A DNA stretch of 64,000 bases from Planctomycetota bacterium (GTDB taxonomy: Bacteria > Planctomycetota > UBA1135 > UBA2386): assembly GCA_965228735.1 (NCBI GenBank), contig OZ245838.1, positions 4,704,001-4,768,000 on the forward strand, written 5' to 3'. Positions 1 through 10,393 of the stretch are shown here, piece after piece. The position numbers were made by a program, and so were the translations under genes. Under the pieces are notes generated by a model, which was not told the origin of the DNA, made no database searches, and saw nothing but the letters and a program-made list of their open reading frames with translations. The stretch's first letter is position 1. Every line of letters begins with the position of its first letter.

Positions 1-2436
1 GTCGTGACACGAGGCACAGTGGTCCAGCAGGAGCGGCCAGATGTCCTTCCTGAACTCCGGGACTCTGAGTGAGTCGTCCGAGTAGACGTTGAACGCCATC
101 GCGCCGCTCGACGTCCGCTCCCACTTGCCGGTCTGGGTGACGGTGTCGAACGCCGAGCTCAGGGACGCGGCCGGGCCCGGCGTCGGGCTGACGTGTTGGT
201 GACAGCCAGTGCAACGCTGCTCGATCTGGCCGGGGGCAAAGCTGTGGTGGTTGCGGTGCGCGGCCAGCACCGTGCCGTCGTTCGCGAGCAGCATGAACTT
301 GACCGGGACATTGGCAGGCAGCAGGAAGTTGACCTTGCCCTCGTCGTCGGCCTTGACGTCCGAGAGATGGCGGTAGCGCTCGAAATGGTAGGGCGCTCCC
401 CACTCCTGGCCGCCGACCCCGTCGTGATGGAGGTAGCCCCAGATCGGCGGGTTGTTCGCGGTCAGCGGCATCAGCGGGTCGTAGTCGTGCTGCGGATTCA
501 TCAGCCGGCGCACCTTGGCGTCGGTGATGTAGATGCGAACACCCCAGACGTCGTCGTGAGTGACGCTGGCGAGGTCCTTGGTCAGGCTGGCGACGCGGGA
601 GAACTCGTGGTGTGTGCCCGCCGTCGCGTTGTTCCGGTTCTCGGTGGTCGGGTCGTAGAAGTCGGCGGATGGCTGCTCGACGCGCCGACGGGCCAGCGAC
701 CTGATGTCGGTGTCGTAGATGGGGCCGGCGATGACCTTTGCGACCGGCATGCCGTCGAGCTGTGGCGCGCCGGCAAACTCGGCGCGGGGGTGGAGCGGCT
801 TGGCCTCGCGCAGGGAGTAGCCGAAGCGTTCACTGTCGGACAGGACGGGGCGCATCGCAAAGCAGTGCTTGCTGGGGTGCTCGAGTACGAGCTGGACCGG
901 GTAGTTGGGAGGTGGCGACGCCGGCAGATAGCTGTTGGAGACTGCCGCGATGGGGGCGCTCATGTCGGTGACGACCACGAGCTTGGCATCGTAGGTCCCG
1001 GCGCCGTGCGAGCTCATCGGCGAGTAGGTGAGGAACAGCTGCACGTCGCTGCGCGAGGTCCCACAGCGGCCGCCTGCCGGATGAGCGAACTTGCCGATCG
1101 AGCCATCGGTGGGCAGCGGTGGGATGCTGCGTGGATGGGCACCGAGGTCTTCGAACTCGTCGACGTCGGTGAACATGTTGGCGACGGTCCCGCTGCCGGT
1201 CGAAAAGGCACCGACCTGATGAATGTCCGTTTGCCCATCGTCTTCGTTGAGCCCGGCGTCGCCGTAGCGGATGACGACGATGGTGCCGAACGACTCGTTG
1301 TTGCCGACGTAGTAGCGACTGATGGCGATCAGGCTCTCATCGGGATCGTCACCCCATGCCACGGTGGTGGCATTGTGGTCGGCGAAGTTGATCGGATCGG
1401 CGTAGCCGCTGATCGTCTGCCACTCGGCCTCGTCGGAGCGGAACTCGAAGATGCCCCACTGGTTGACACTCTCGGTGCTCGAGCGGTACGAGCCGCCGGC
1501 GCCGCGCGGCGTGGCGAACATCGAAGTCATGCTCGTGGTGCCGAAGTGTTGGATCTCGCGCTTGTCGAGCAACGAGAGCAGACCGTTCTCGTAGTGCAGG
1601 TCGGCCGCCAGCATGCCCTGGCCGTCGGTGCGGCGCTGGTTGGAGGCGTAGTAGAGCACCGGCCCGTGTTCCTCATCGACGACACAGGCGCCGGAGTTGG
1701 TCTCGTAGTGCAGGTTGATGCCGCCGACGCCCTGCCAGGCGACGCCGTTCAGGTAGGAGAACTGCGGCGCGAGCTCGCTGTTGAACGCGCGGTCGTAGAT
1801 GTCCTGGGCTACCGCCGATTGCTGCGTCATGGTGCCCACCGAATCGGTGAGACGGACGAGCGGCAGGGTGGGAACGCTGCTTGCATTGAAGGTCGTCGGC
1901 GAGTTGATCGCGTCGCTGATGTCCATGGCGAACAGGTCGCACGGCAGGCGGATGTCCCGCGTGGTCAGGTCGAGCGCGAAAGAGAAGATGACCCAGTAGC
2001 GGTCCTCATTACCGGCCGAGGCGTTCTCGTCTCGGAAGTGGTAGATCGCCGGCTCGTGCACCGAGCCCTTGCTCAGGTCTGACGAGGCCGGCAGATGGAG
2101 TCCGCTGGCGTAGGTGTTGCTCGTGAGCGGGAAGAGCAACACGGGCTGGCTGCGGTGCTGATCCATGAACCACAACTCACGACCGGGCGAGCCGAGGTCG
2201 AGTTCACCGCCGAGTGAGTCGTCCTGAGCGGCATCGGTGCCGAACCCCGAGAGGCTGTCGGACATGGTCACGAAAACGAACGGCGGGCAGTTCGGGTCTG
2301 CGAGGTAGGGACCGGGGACGAAGCCTTGCGCGAACGCGGTGCCGCCAGTCGCGAAGAGCGAGCAGGCGAGCGCGAGCGGCACGGCTACGGAGGGCGTCCT
2401 CCGGCGCGGGCGGGAGAACGAATGGCGAGACGTCAT
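1..2436 (-). CDS. Secreted c-type heme protein with HzsA (hydrazine synthase alpha) middle-domain-like region; runs off the left edge
   Basis: Translated by hand (absent from the ORF track because it has no stop in the window). ATG at 2436 after an AGGAG RBS; signal-peptide-like N-terminus; FLLPANVPVKFMLLANDG...PGQIEQRCTGCH (CxxCH at 199-213) and a second CASCH at 4-18. Confidence 0.75.
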   Translation of the reverse strand, partial: MTSRHSFSRPRRRTPSVAVPLALACSLFATGGTAFAQGFVPGPYLADPNCPPFVFVTMSDSLSGFGTDAAQDDSLGGELDLGSPGRELWFMDQHRSQPVLLFPLTSNTYASGLHLPASSDLSKGSVHEPAIYHFRDENASAGNEDRYWVIFSFALDLTTRDIRLPCDLFAMDISDAINSPTTFNASSVPTLPLVRLTDSVGTMTQQSAVAQDIYDRAFNSELAPQFSYLNGVAWQGVGGINLHYETNSGACVVDEEHGPVLYYASNQRRTDGQGMLAADLHYENGLLSLLDKREIQHFGTTSMTSMFATPRGAGGSYRSSTESVNQWGIFEFRSDEAEWQTISGYADPINFADHNATTVAWGDDPDESLIAISRYYVGNNESFGTIVVIRYGDAGLNEDDGQTDIHQVGAFSTGSGTVANMFTDVDEFEDLGAHPRSIPPLPTDGSIGKFAHPAGGRCGTSRSDVQLFLTYSPMSSHGAGTYDAKLVVVTDMSAPIAAVSNSYLPASPPPNYPVQLVLEHPSKHCFAMRPVLSDSERFGYSLREAKPLHPRAEFAGAPQLDGMPVAKVIAGPIYDTDIRSLARRRVEQPSADFYDPTTENRNNATAGTHHEFSRVASLTKDLASVTHDDVWGVRIYITDAKVRRLMNPQHDYDPLMPLTANNPPIWGYLHHDGVGGQEWGAPYHFERYRHLSDVKADDEGKVNFLLPANVPVKFMLLANDGTVLAAHRNHHSFAPGQIEQRCTGCHQHVSPTPGPAASLSSAFDTVTQTGKWERTSSGAMAFNVYSDDSLRVPEFRKDIWPLLLDHCASCHD

Positions 2437-2830
2437 GACTGCTCCTTTTTCGATAGGGAAACCACATGGCAAGGCTCTGCCTCGAGGCGTCCTCGAGGTC
2501 AGTGCAGTCACTCCTGCCGTCGGCCCGCTCATGCGGTCTCTTTCCCCCGGCGGTCGCACCGTATCGCCGGAATCGATGTCAGCAACTCCCTCGTCCGGGG
2601 GGCGCCTCGCTCCGCCGATGTAAGTGCTGTCTTTCCATCGCGCACGTCGTGGCGCCCGATTGTCGTAGCTCGTGTTGCGCGAGAGGCGTGCGTCTTGGCA
2701 AGACTCCGGCATTAAGAAAGACACAAGAATCTGCTCAGGAGCGTGCGGACGCGCGGGGTAGGCATCTGCACCCGATCTCGGCGCGAGGGATGCCGCGCAA
2801 GGATTGGGCGACGAAGTCCTGCCGGCGGCC

Positions 2831-4373
2831 CGAGAGCGTCGTCGCCGTTCTTCGTGAACTGGCCTGCGAGTCGAGCGCCGACGCGCCGATGACCGACAGT
2901 GGCTATGCGGTCCCGATGGCGGTCGTCGAGGCGCCCGCGGCTGACTTGGCGAACATCTTCGGCACCGGAAACGTCCCCGGCACCTCCCGGAACAGATCGT
3001 CCTCGCCCAGCTCCCCGTAGAGGTCCATGGTCAGCCGGATGTCCGAGTGCCGCAGGATCTGCTGGATGATCTTCGGGTGGACGTTGAGCTCGATCAGGAT
3101 TCGCGCGCAGCTCTTGCGCAGCGCGTGGAAGTCGACGCGGCGGGTCGTCGCACTGCGCTGGGGCGTGAGGCCGGCGTAGGCCGCGTCCTTGCGCACGATC
3201 TCGGCGATCTTCGAGGGCACCCGGAACACCGGGTCCGTTTCGCGCGCCGGGCCAGCTAGACGCTCCATCTGTAGCTTGCTGCGGCGAGTCCGCATGTCGC
3301 GCAGGGCCGCCGCGACGAAGTCCTGCAAGGGCACGAGAGCGTCGTCGCCGTTCTTCGTGAACTGGCCTGCGAGTCGAGCGCCGACGCGCCGATGACCGAC
3401 AGTGGCTATGCGGTCCCGATGGCGGTCGTCGAGGCGCCCGCGGCTGACTTGGCGAACATCTTCGGCACCGGAAACGTCCCCGGCACCTCCCGGAACAGAT
3501 CGTCCTCGCCCAGCTCCCCGTAGAGGTCCATGGTCAGCCGGATGTCCGAGTGCCGCAGGATCTGCTGGATGATCTTCGGGTGGACGTTGAGCTCGATCAG
3601 GATTCGCGCGCAGCTCTTGCGCAGCGCGTGGAAGTCGACGCGGCGGGTCGTCGCACTGCGCTGGGGCGTGAGGCCGGCGTAGGCCGCGTCCTTGCGCACG
3701 ATCTCGGCGATCTTCGAGGGCACCCGGAACACCGGGTCCGTTTCGCGCGCCGGGCCAGCTAGACGCTCCATCTGTAGCTTGCTGCGGCGAGTCCGCATGT
3801 CGCGCAGGGCCGCCGCGACGAAGTCCTGCAAGGGCACGAGAGCGTCGTCGCCGTTCTTCGTGAACTGGCCTGCGAGTCGAGCGCCGACGCGCCGATGACC
3901 GACAGTGGCTATGCGGTCCCGATGGCGGTCGTCGAGGCGCCCGCGGCTGACTTGGCGAACATCTTCGGCACCGGAAACGTCCCCGGCACCTCCCGGAACA
4001 GATCGTCCTCGCCCAGCTCCCCGTAGAGGTCCATGGTCAGCCGGATGTCCGAGTGCCGCAGGATCTGCTGGATGATCTTCGGGTGGACGTTGAGCTCGAT
4101 CAGGATTCGCGCGCAGCTCTTGCGCAGCGCGTGGAAGTCGACGCGGCGGGTCGTCGCACTGCGCTGGGGCGTGAGGCCGGCGTAGGCCGCGTCCTTGCGC
4201 ACGATCTCGGCGATCTTCGAGGGCACCCGGAACACCGGGTCCGTTTCGCGCGCCGGGCCAGCTAGACGCTCCATCTGTAGCTTGCTGCGGCGAGTCCGCA
4301 TGTCGCGCAGGGCCGCCGCGACGAAGTCCTGCAAGGGCACGAGAGCGTCGTCGCCGTTCTTCGTGAACTGGCC
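2831..4373. repeat. Tandem repeat, three apparently identical 503-bp units plus 34 bp, containing the integrase 3' half
   Basis: CGAGAGCGTCGTCGCC starts at 2831, 3334, 3837 and 4340; identical ORF ends at 2903, 3406 and 3909. Confidence 0.95.
2903..3870 (-). pseudogene. Two duplicated C-terminal integrase fragments lacking the first catalytic Arg
   Basis: Each repeats RLAGQFTK...HALRK...RHSD...LYG but not the GFRANE motif. Confidence 0.85.
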
Positions 4374-5162
4374 AGCCAGGCGCACGCAAGGCTTGTTGCC
4401 GGTGAGTGTCAGGTCCTCCCAGTGGATCGACGCGCACTCGTTGGCGCGGAAGCCGGTCGTCAGCGTGAACCAGTAGAGCACTTGCCGGTCACGGACCGCC
4501 TCGCCGCCGTCGTGCGTGGGCGTTCCGCCGAGCACGCGTTCTTCCTCGAACCGCGCCCAGGCCGCCTCGACCAGGTTCTCGGCTTCTTCGAAGCGAAAGC
4601 CGACGCGCCGGAAGACGCGGTGCTTGTCGCGCTTCGGCGTGCGCACGCGCAGGCGGTGGAAGGGGTCGCGGTCCCAGCGTCCCGTGCGCTCGAGCCACCG
4701 GCCGAAAGCGCGGAGTGCCCCGGCGTGATGGTCGCGCGTCTTCACGCTGCGCTTGCGGCGGATGGCCGCGAGGAAGCGCTCGACGTCAGGCAGCGCGATC
4801 GACGGGATCGTGGCCACCTTCGCGAACGACACGAACGCTCGGATCTGTCGAATCGACTCACGCACGTAGCGCGGGTGGCGGTCCTCGGCCTCGAGGTTCG
4901 CCTTGTAGTCGTCGACGAGCTTGCTGATCGGCATCGTGCGGAACTCGGCGTAGCGGTCGACCTCGCCGAGCTTGGCCTTCTCGACCTCGCGGAGCTTCTG
5001 CGCCAGAGCGTCGCGAGCGATGCGAAGGTCCTTCGTGCGGGCCGACTTGCGTCGCGTGACGCCGGATGCGTCCTTGTAGACGTAGCTCCAGTAGGGCGAA
5101 CCGGGGCGCTTGTAGGGATTCCCGCGCCAGGCGTTCTCGGGGCTCTTCTTCACCCGGGTCAC
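3909..5162 (-). CDS. Phage-type tyrosine integrase (element A)
   Basis: Catalytic set GFRANE (R), FTK (K), HALR, LRH, DLY; N-terminal arm-binding-like region; GTGA overlap with the upstream gene. Confidence 0.93.
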   Translation of the reverse strand: MTRVKKSPENAWRGNPYKRPGSPYWSYVYKDASGVTRRKSARTKDLRIARDALAQKLREVEKAKLGEVDRYAEFRTMPISKLVDDYKANLEAEDRHPRYVRESIRQIRAFVSFAKVATIPSIALPDVERFLAAIRRKRSVKTRDHHAGALRAFGRWLERTGRWDRDPFHRLRVRTPKRDKHRVFRRVGFRFEEAENLVEAAWARFEEERVLGGTPTHDGGEAVRDRQVLYWFTLTTGFRANECASIHWEDLTLTGNKPCVRLAGQFTKNGDDALVPLQDFVAAALRDMRTRRSKLQMERLAGPARETDPVFRVPSKIAEIVRKDAAYAGLTPQRSATTRRVDFHALRKSCARILIELNVHPKIIQQILRHSDIRLTMDLYGELGEDDLFREVPGTFPVPKMFAKSAAGASTTAIGTA

Positions 5163-5404
5163 CGCGCGGCTCCTCCCTCGATGAACGCGATCACCTCGGC
5201 ACCGACGAGCAGTGTTCGGCCGCGGATGCGGCGACGCTTCGGGAAGCCAGAATCGGGGTCGGCCATCAACCTCCACACAGTTCGCATCGAAACGCCGAGG
5301 ACGGAAGCGGCTTCTGCGATGGTCCAGAGCAGTTTCGCGGGTGCGCCCGGAATGCTCGGGAACGCGGTTGATGCCGGGGGCGGAACATGGATGTCGTCGC
5401 TCAC
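5159..5404 (-). CDS. Excisionase / AlpA-like HTH
   Basis: LWTIAEAASVLGVSMRTVWRL...FPK; coupled to the integrase; paralog at 49132. Confidence 0.85.
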   Translation of the reverse strand: MSDDIHVPPPASTAFPSIPGAPAKLLWTIAEAASVLGVSMRTVWRLMADPDSGFPKRRRIRGRTLLVGAEVIAFIEGGAAR

Positions 5405-5802
5405 AGCCCAGCCTCCTCGTTGACGCCGAGTGCGGCGAAGACTGCGTTCTCGATGGCTCGGCGGGCTGTGGCGTCGAGCGGGCGAATCAGCGGGTGCCGG
5501 CGACCGGACGAGTCCTTGCGGCAGGGGAAGCTCAACGACAATTTGCCGTGCTCGGTCCGGCGCAGTGTGACGCCGTCGACCAGCCACATCCCCCCGATCC
5601 CGAGTGTGATGAAGCCGAGCAGCCCACTCCTCACGTCGTCGTCGTTCCCTTTCGTGAAGCCGACCGAGTCTAGGTTGGCGACCGCTTTCGGTCGGGCTGT
5701 CCCCAACTGTCGTTTGGGATGAGTTCCTGTTCTTGTCGCTCGTCGGGTTTGCACCGTGGTCACCTCCGCAGTTGCGCTTGGATGGTCTGCAGAATGGCTC
5801 AT
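5401..5802 (-). CDS. SpoVG-like nucleic-acid-binding protein (start uncertain)
   Basis: GLLGFITL...VDGVTLR...LSLSFP...HPLIRP pattern; paralog at 49410. Confidence 0.65.
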   Translation of the reverse strand: MSHSADHPSATAEVTTVQTRRATRTGTHPKRQLGTARPKAVANLDSVGFTKGNDDDVRSGLLGFITLGIGGMWLVDGVTLRRTEHGKLSLSFPCRKDSSGRRHPLIRPLDATARRAIENAVFAALGVNEEAGL

Positions 5803-6071
5803 GGGGTGTGGCGCCGCAGTGGGGTTAGCGCCTTGATCAAACCGCAGGGACGGCCAGTCGGTGGGATTGCGAAATCCTATGAGGCGACCCGATCTCGGGG
5901 AGGAACACCGCTAACCCCACCCTTCGGGGCGGCGTGCCTGACAGGGGTGACAGGACAGCGGTTTCGCGGAGAAGCCGGGACACTAGGTGACGCCGGGGGG
6001 ATTGCCCGGACTCGGTTTCCTAGCCGCTAACCCCAAGGCGCGTGGCCGCCCAAAGCGGGACGGTCGGGCTC

Positions 6072-6404
6072 ATGAACAAGCCCAGCACGAAGGGTTCGGC
6101 GAGTCGGCTCCTGGCCGACGGCAGTCAGTTGGAGCGGATCGTCGAGCTCGCCAAGAAGGCCGGGTTGCGGATCTGCAACAAGACGGCAGTTCGGTGGGCG
6201 ACCCAAGGACGCCACGGCATCAGGTTGCACTCGATCAAGATGCGAGGCTGCCGAATGTCGACGTGGCCTGCGTTCCTTGCTTGGCTCGATGCTGTGGAAG
6301 CGGCCGAGTGCGCTCGGGGGGGCAACGTGTCGGAAAGCCGGGCGAGCAACACAGTCATCCCCTTCGAAGGCGTTACACATCACGATGGGGGAGAGGAGCA
6401 GTGA
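6072..6404 (+). CDS. DUF1580-like HTH protein
   Basis: VRWATQGRHGIRLHSIKMRG..MST...FLAWL; similar to 52707-53012. Confidence 0.65.
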   Translation: MNKPSTKGSASRLLADGSQLERIVELAKKAGLRICNKTAVRWATQGRHGIRLHSIKMRGCRMSTWPAFLAWLDAVEAAECARGGNVSESRASNTVIPFEGVTHHDGGEEQ

Positions 6405-8734
6405 CAGCGCCCCCAATGGGCGATCGGGGCTCGACCGAGGAGCCCGAGGGATCGTCCAGTGACGCTTGCGCCTTGTCACTCCGCTACGCCGATCGTTGCG
6501 GGTGGCCTTTGATCCCCGTAGGCGACGGCAAGAGGCCCCTCGGCGGGCTTGGACTCTCGCATGCAACCCGGGACCCGGAGGTGATTCGGTCTTGGTTCAC
6601 GCGGTGGCCGAATGCGGGTGTCGCTCTTGCCTGCAAAGGGGCAGGTGTCGTCGCGATCGACGTCGATGTCGGTCATGGCGATGGTCTTGACGGATTCGAG
6701 TCACTCAAGCAGGAGTTCGGTGACGAGCCGCACGGCTCAGTCCTTGTCGCTCGGACGCCCAATGGCGGAGAGCACCGGTTCTACCGAGCGCCCGAGGGAG
6801 TCGAGGTGAAGAGTGTTCCCGGGTGGCTCCCTGGGGTTGATGTGAAGGCAGGTGGTGGTGAGTTCGGCGGCTACGTCATCCTGCCAACCGGCAAGGACGG
6901 CCGAGAGTGGTCCGAGGGAGAGCCGTTCGAGGATGAACCGGACGAGTTGCCTGCGTGGCTGCTCAAGGCATTGCCGAAGGTCGGCGAACGACGCGATAGG
7001 GCGCTTGAAGTCCTGCCGGAGTGCGCGGCGGACGAGCGAACGCACCAAGAGGTGCGTTCAGCGCTCTTCGCAATTCCGCCGGAGATCAAGCGCGGCCCTT
7101 GGCTGCGAGTGATCTACGCTGTGCACGCAGCTCTCGACGCTAACCCGCGGGGCGCGGCCTACGTCGAGCAGTGGTCGAGCAACACGTCACGCGGGACGGT
7201 CGAGGGCGCTGGCGGCAAGCGGAAGCCGCACTACGTTCCGGGCGAGGCGAGGAAGATCTACGACAACGCGACGTCGCCTCACGACTTCGACGGCGATCCC
7301 GTTGACTCAGGCACGCTGTTCGCGACGGCGCGTCAGAACGGTTGGCGCGCGGCTGGTCACGATGAGGACGTGAAGTTTCTACCGGGAGGCAACCTCAAGC
7401 CTGCGCCGACAGGCTCGCCCGACGACGACGACGATGCACAGCTTTCCGCAATCGGTGTCGAGCCGTTCCCAATTCACCTGATTGAAGGTGACGACCTTGT
7501 GTCTCGCACAGTACGCGAAATCGTCGACTCTGCGCTGCTCCCGCAGCCGGCGCTGGCGCTCGGGAACGTCATCGCGGCGCTTGGCGCCGTGGTCGGCCGT
7601 AGGGTCGAGACCGACACTCGGCTGCGTACGAACTTCTACATCCTCGGAATCGCCGACAGCGGCGCGGGCAAGAACCACAGTCGCACCTTCACTGAGCAAC
7701 TACTGACGCTCGGCGTCCTCGACCACTACATGGGCCCCGGCCGGTGGAGTAGCGAGTCGGGCCTCCGGGCCGCGCTGCTCGAGCAGCCTTCGCACGTGTC
7801 GCAGCTCGACGAGTTCGGTGACCGCATGCTTGCAACGACTGGAAGGAACGCGGCGCCGCACATGGTTGGGATCAACGGGTTCCTGAAGGAAGTCTTCACG
7901 TCCGCGAACTCGATTCTGCGCGGTGCCGCCTACGCCGACAGGGTTAAGAACCCGCCGTTGCCGATCCACGAACCGAACCTCTGCATCTACTGCACGGCGA
8001 CGCCCGAATCGCTGTTCGCCGGCCTGAGCAGTGACCACGTGAAGGATGGCCTGCTCAACCGGTTCCTACTGTTCTTCGGTGAGCCCGAGCGAGAGCCAAA
8101 GTTCGAGGGGGTCAACGTACCGCCGAGTCCGGCGCTCATCTCGGACTGGAGCGCTGTCGAGGAGCAGACGAGGCCGACGAGGGACGCGCTCGGCGACCTG
8201 CACAACGAGGCGACGGGTCAGAGCTTCGCAAGAGCCGTCATCCTCGACAGCGCCGCGGCTGCGCTGAGGCGAGAAGTCCACGCGACGAGCCTGCGGCGTC
8301 GTCGGGCCCTCAAAGAGCAAGGCAGCCAGTTAGCGCCGCTCTGGCAGCGGTTCCCGGAACACGTCGAGAAGCTGGCGCTCATCAGGGCCATCTCGCGCGA
8401 CCCCGAGACTTCGACCGTGACGGAGGACGACATGCGATGGGCCATGGCTCTGGCCGAGTGGTCGATTGGCAACCTGGTGGCGATGGGCGAAGCCCACTTG
8501 GCTGACAGCGACTTCGAGCGCCAGGTCAAGAAGGCGTTCGCGATCATCGACAAGGGCGGCGAGGACGGCGTCAGCCAGACCAAGTTGTCGCGCCAGATGA
8601 AACTCAAGAAGCGCGACCTGCAGGACGTCGTCAGTCACCTCAACGAGTGCGACCGAATTGTCTGCGAGGCGATTGAGACCAGAGGCCGGCCACGAACCAC
8701 CTTCTGGACGAAGGCGAATGCCCCGCGACGGTGA
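6401..8734 (+). CDS. Bifunctional primase-polymerase + PriCT-2 + DUF3987-like helicase fusion
   Basis: WPLIP..GKRP, IDVD, TPNGGEHRFY, GVDVK..GYV (Prim-Pol); WLRVIYAVH..EQWS (PriCT-2); Walker A ADSGAGKN, LDEFG, DGLLNRF; GTGA overlap with the upstream gene. Confidence 0.88.
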   Translation: MTAPPMGDRGSTEEPEGSSSDACALSLRYADRCGWPLIPVGDGKRPLGGLGLSHATRDPEVIRSWFTRWPNAGVALACKGAGVVAIDVDVGHGDGLDGFESLKQEFGDEPHGSVLVARTPNGGEHRFYRAPEGVEVKSVPGWLPGVDVKAGGGEFGGYVILPTGKDGREWSEGEPFEDEPDELPAWLLKALPKVGERRDRALEVLPECAADERTHQEVRSALFAIPPEIKRGPWLRVIYAVHAALDANPRGAAYVEQWSSNTSRGTVEGAGGKRKPHYVPGEARKIYDNATSPHDFDGDPVDSGTLFATARQNGWRAAGHDEDVKFLPGGNLKPAPTGSPDDDDDAQLSAIGVEPFPIHLIEGDDLVSRTVREIVDSALLPQPALALGNVIAALGAVVGRRVETDTRLRTNFYILGIADSGAGKNHSRTFTEQLLTLGVLDHYMGPGRWSSESGLRAALLEQPSHVSQLDEFGDRMLATTGRNAAPHMVGINGFLKEVFTSANSILRGAAYADRVKNPPLPIHEPNLCIYCTATPESLFAGLSSDHVKDGLLNRFLLFFGEPEREPKFEGVNVPPSPALISDWSAVEEQTRPTRDALGDLHNEATGQSFARAVILDSAAAALRREVHATSLRRRRALKEQGSQLAPLWQRFPEHVEKLALIRAISRDPETSTVTEDDMRWAMALAEWSIGNLVAMGEAHLADSDFERQVKKAFAIIDKGGEDGVSQTKLSRQMKLKKRDLQDVVSHLNECDRIVCEAIETRGRPRTTFWTKANAPRR

Positions 8735-8990
8735 GCCCGACCCTTCTTGTTCTTTCACCCGGGGCTGTCTGTCGGGCACGTGGAGAGGGTGAGAGAGGGG
8801 GAGAAACAGTAGGAGAGAGAAGAAGAGCAATAAGTACTTATCTATCTAGCATGCATCGCCTTACGCCCGATCACACTGCGCGAAAAATGGGTGTCCGGAA
8901 GGGGTGAAGAAGCCCCCAGTGGCGCAGGCCGCCGCGCCAGCGCGAGACTTATTGAGCGGCCGGCTGGTGAAGAAACACACAGCACGGCAT
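8735..8990. other. Putative replication origin of element A
   Basis: Purine-skewed GA tract, perfect palindrome ATAAGTACTTAT (8830-8841) and AAGAA repeats directly after the primase gene. Confidence 0.4.
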
Positions 8991-9175
8991 CCGCGCCTTT
9001 CCCGAACTTCCCATCCGCCCCAGCGCTCGTACAGCTCGGTCGAATCACGCCGCCCTGGACCACGCGTCGCCGGGTCGAGCCGCGGCTTCGAGGGCGCGCC
9101 CTTCTCGCCCGCGAAAGTCGAGTGCCGAGGTGCGGGCGTGCGCGAGGCACCTGACCCGCCGCTACTGGATTCGGC

Positions 9176-9203
9176 CGGTCGCATTTCGGCAGGCATGTGA
9201 CCC
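9176..9203 (-). other. dif-like recombination site 1
   Basis: Reverse complement reads GGGTCACATGC-CTGCCG-AAATGCGACCG. Confidence 0.6.
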
Positions 9204-9311
9204 CCTTCAGGTCGCGGACAGCCCGTCCGTGCGCCGACTCGCGCGTGCCGCCTAACCGGCAAGAGATGCGCATTCATGTTCTCGCCACGAGCCGGTGGCA
9301 GAATCGGACAC

Positions 9312-10217
9312 ATGAAGACCGTGATCTGCATTCTCGTGGCCGCGATGCTGGCTCTCGGAGTCGTGACTGGCTTGCTCGTTGGGTTGAGCGCAAGCCCAGT
9401 CGTCGGGGTCGTGTTGCCGCTCCTGTTCTCACTCCTTGGCGGTGCGGGTGGTTTCTTTGTTCTGAAAACCGATTTCTCGTCTGGCGGCCCTCGGCAGTCG
9501 CTTGTTGCCTACTCAGCCTGCGTGCTCAGCATCGCTACCGGAACGGGCCTTGGGGTCTACATTGGTATTGCTGAGCGAGGAGGGGCGCCGGCGTGGAGTG
9601 CCGTGGCCGGTGGCGAGAATCCGCTATTCCCTCCTGCGCTGAAGAACGACGGGGCGATTGGATGGATGCTGTTGGATGCGCGTCTGCACATGCTCGGCCT
9701 CGATCGCGACGAACGACGCGTAGTTCTGCAGCGAGTGAGCCACGAACAGGGCAGTGACCTGACGCAGTACCGCTCGGAGCTACGGCAAGCAGCGGAATCG
9801 CTAGAGAAGGCGGCTCCCGGTGAGGGAGTCCTTTCGAACGTCGGCGAATGGCAGGACCTCGCCCGTGAGGCTACACAGATCACTGAACTCATCGAGCTAG
9901 CGCCAACCGGCGACGAGTCAATCGGCTCCGCGCTCGAAGCCATGCACGGCAGGCTGGGTTACTTGAATGACGACGAGGACGATCGGTCGTTCATCAAGAG
10001 CAATGCAGCGGCGGCCGCGGCTGTCGAAGAGTTCAAGCGTGCGGCATTGCGGTTGCTGATCACCTACCGGGGTGCCCGCTCACCCTTGGAGAGCGCTAAC
10101 GCTCAAATGGCTGAGTTCTTGGAGAAGCACTCCCAGGCGGCCAGGGCCGCACTCGATGTCAAGCCAGGAAGGTTCCTCGCAAGCACTGGCTTCGACTCAG
10201 GGACAGCAGATTCGTGA
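9312..10217 (+). CDS. Hypothetical membrane protein (about 3 N-terminal TM segments)
   Basis: Hydrophobic N-terminus followed by a helical soluble domain. Confidence 0.7.
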   Translation: MKTVICILVAAMLALGVVTGLLVGLSASPVVGVVLPLLFSLLGGAGGFFVLKTDFSSGGPRQSLVAYSACVLSIATGTGLGVYIGIAERGGAPAWSAVAGGENPLFPPALKNDGAIGWMLLDARLHMLGLDRDERRVVLQRVSHEQGSDLTQYRSELRQAAESLEKAAPGEGVLSNVGEWQDLAREATQITELIELAPTGDESIGSALEAMHGRLGYLNDDEDDRSFIKSNAAAAAAVEEFKRAALRLLITYRGARSPLESANAQMAEFLEKHSQAARAALDVKPGRFLASTGFDSGTADS

Positions 10218-10393
10218 AATGGGCGCGTTGCTTGTTGCTTGGTGGATTGCAGCCTTCGTTGAAGCCGCGACCGCCAGCCGAATACCTTCCCGCAGCCGCT
10301 CGGCCTCTTGTCCGCCCTCAGCAGGGAGTCCGGGTTCCTGCTTGCACGTAGGCGGCCGTTGCCGGCGCCATTGCTGCCCGGACTGGCCTGCAG

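Noticed and set aside
193..2082. 629-aa plus-strand ORF
   Set aside because: Antisense shadow of the minus-strand heme protein, which has an RBS, signal peptide and CxxCH motifs.
1..2436. Evidence of anammox metabolism
   Set aside because: Only a domain-level resemblance; no hzsB/hzsC seen, and such homologs occur outside anammox bacteria.
3406..4437. 343-aa ORF as a functional second integrase
   Set aside because: A chimera created by the 503-bp repeat shifting frame; it lacks the N-terminus and first catalytic Arg.
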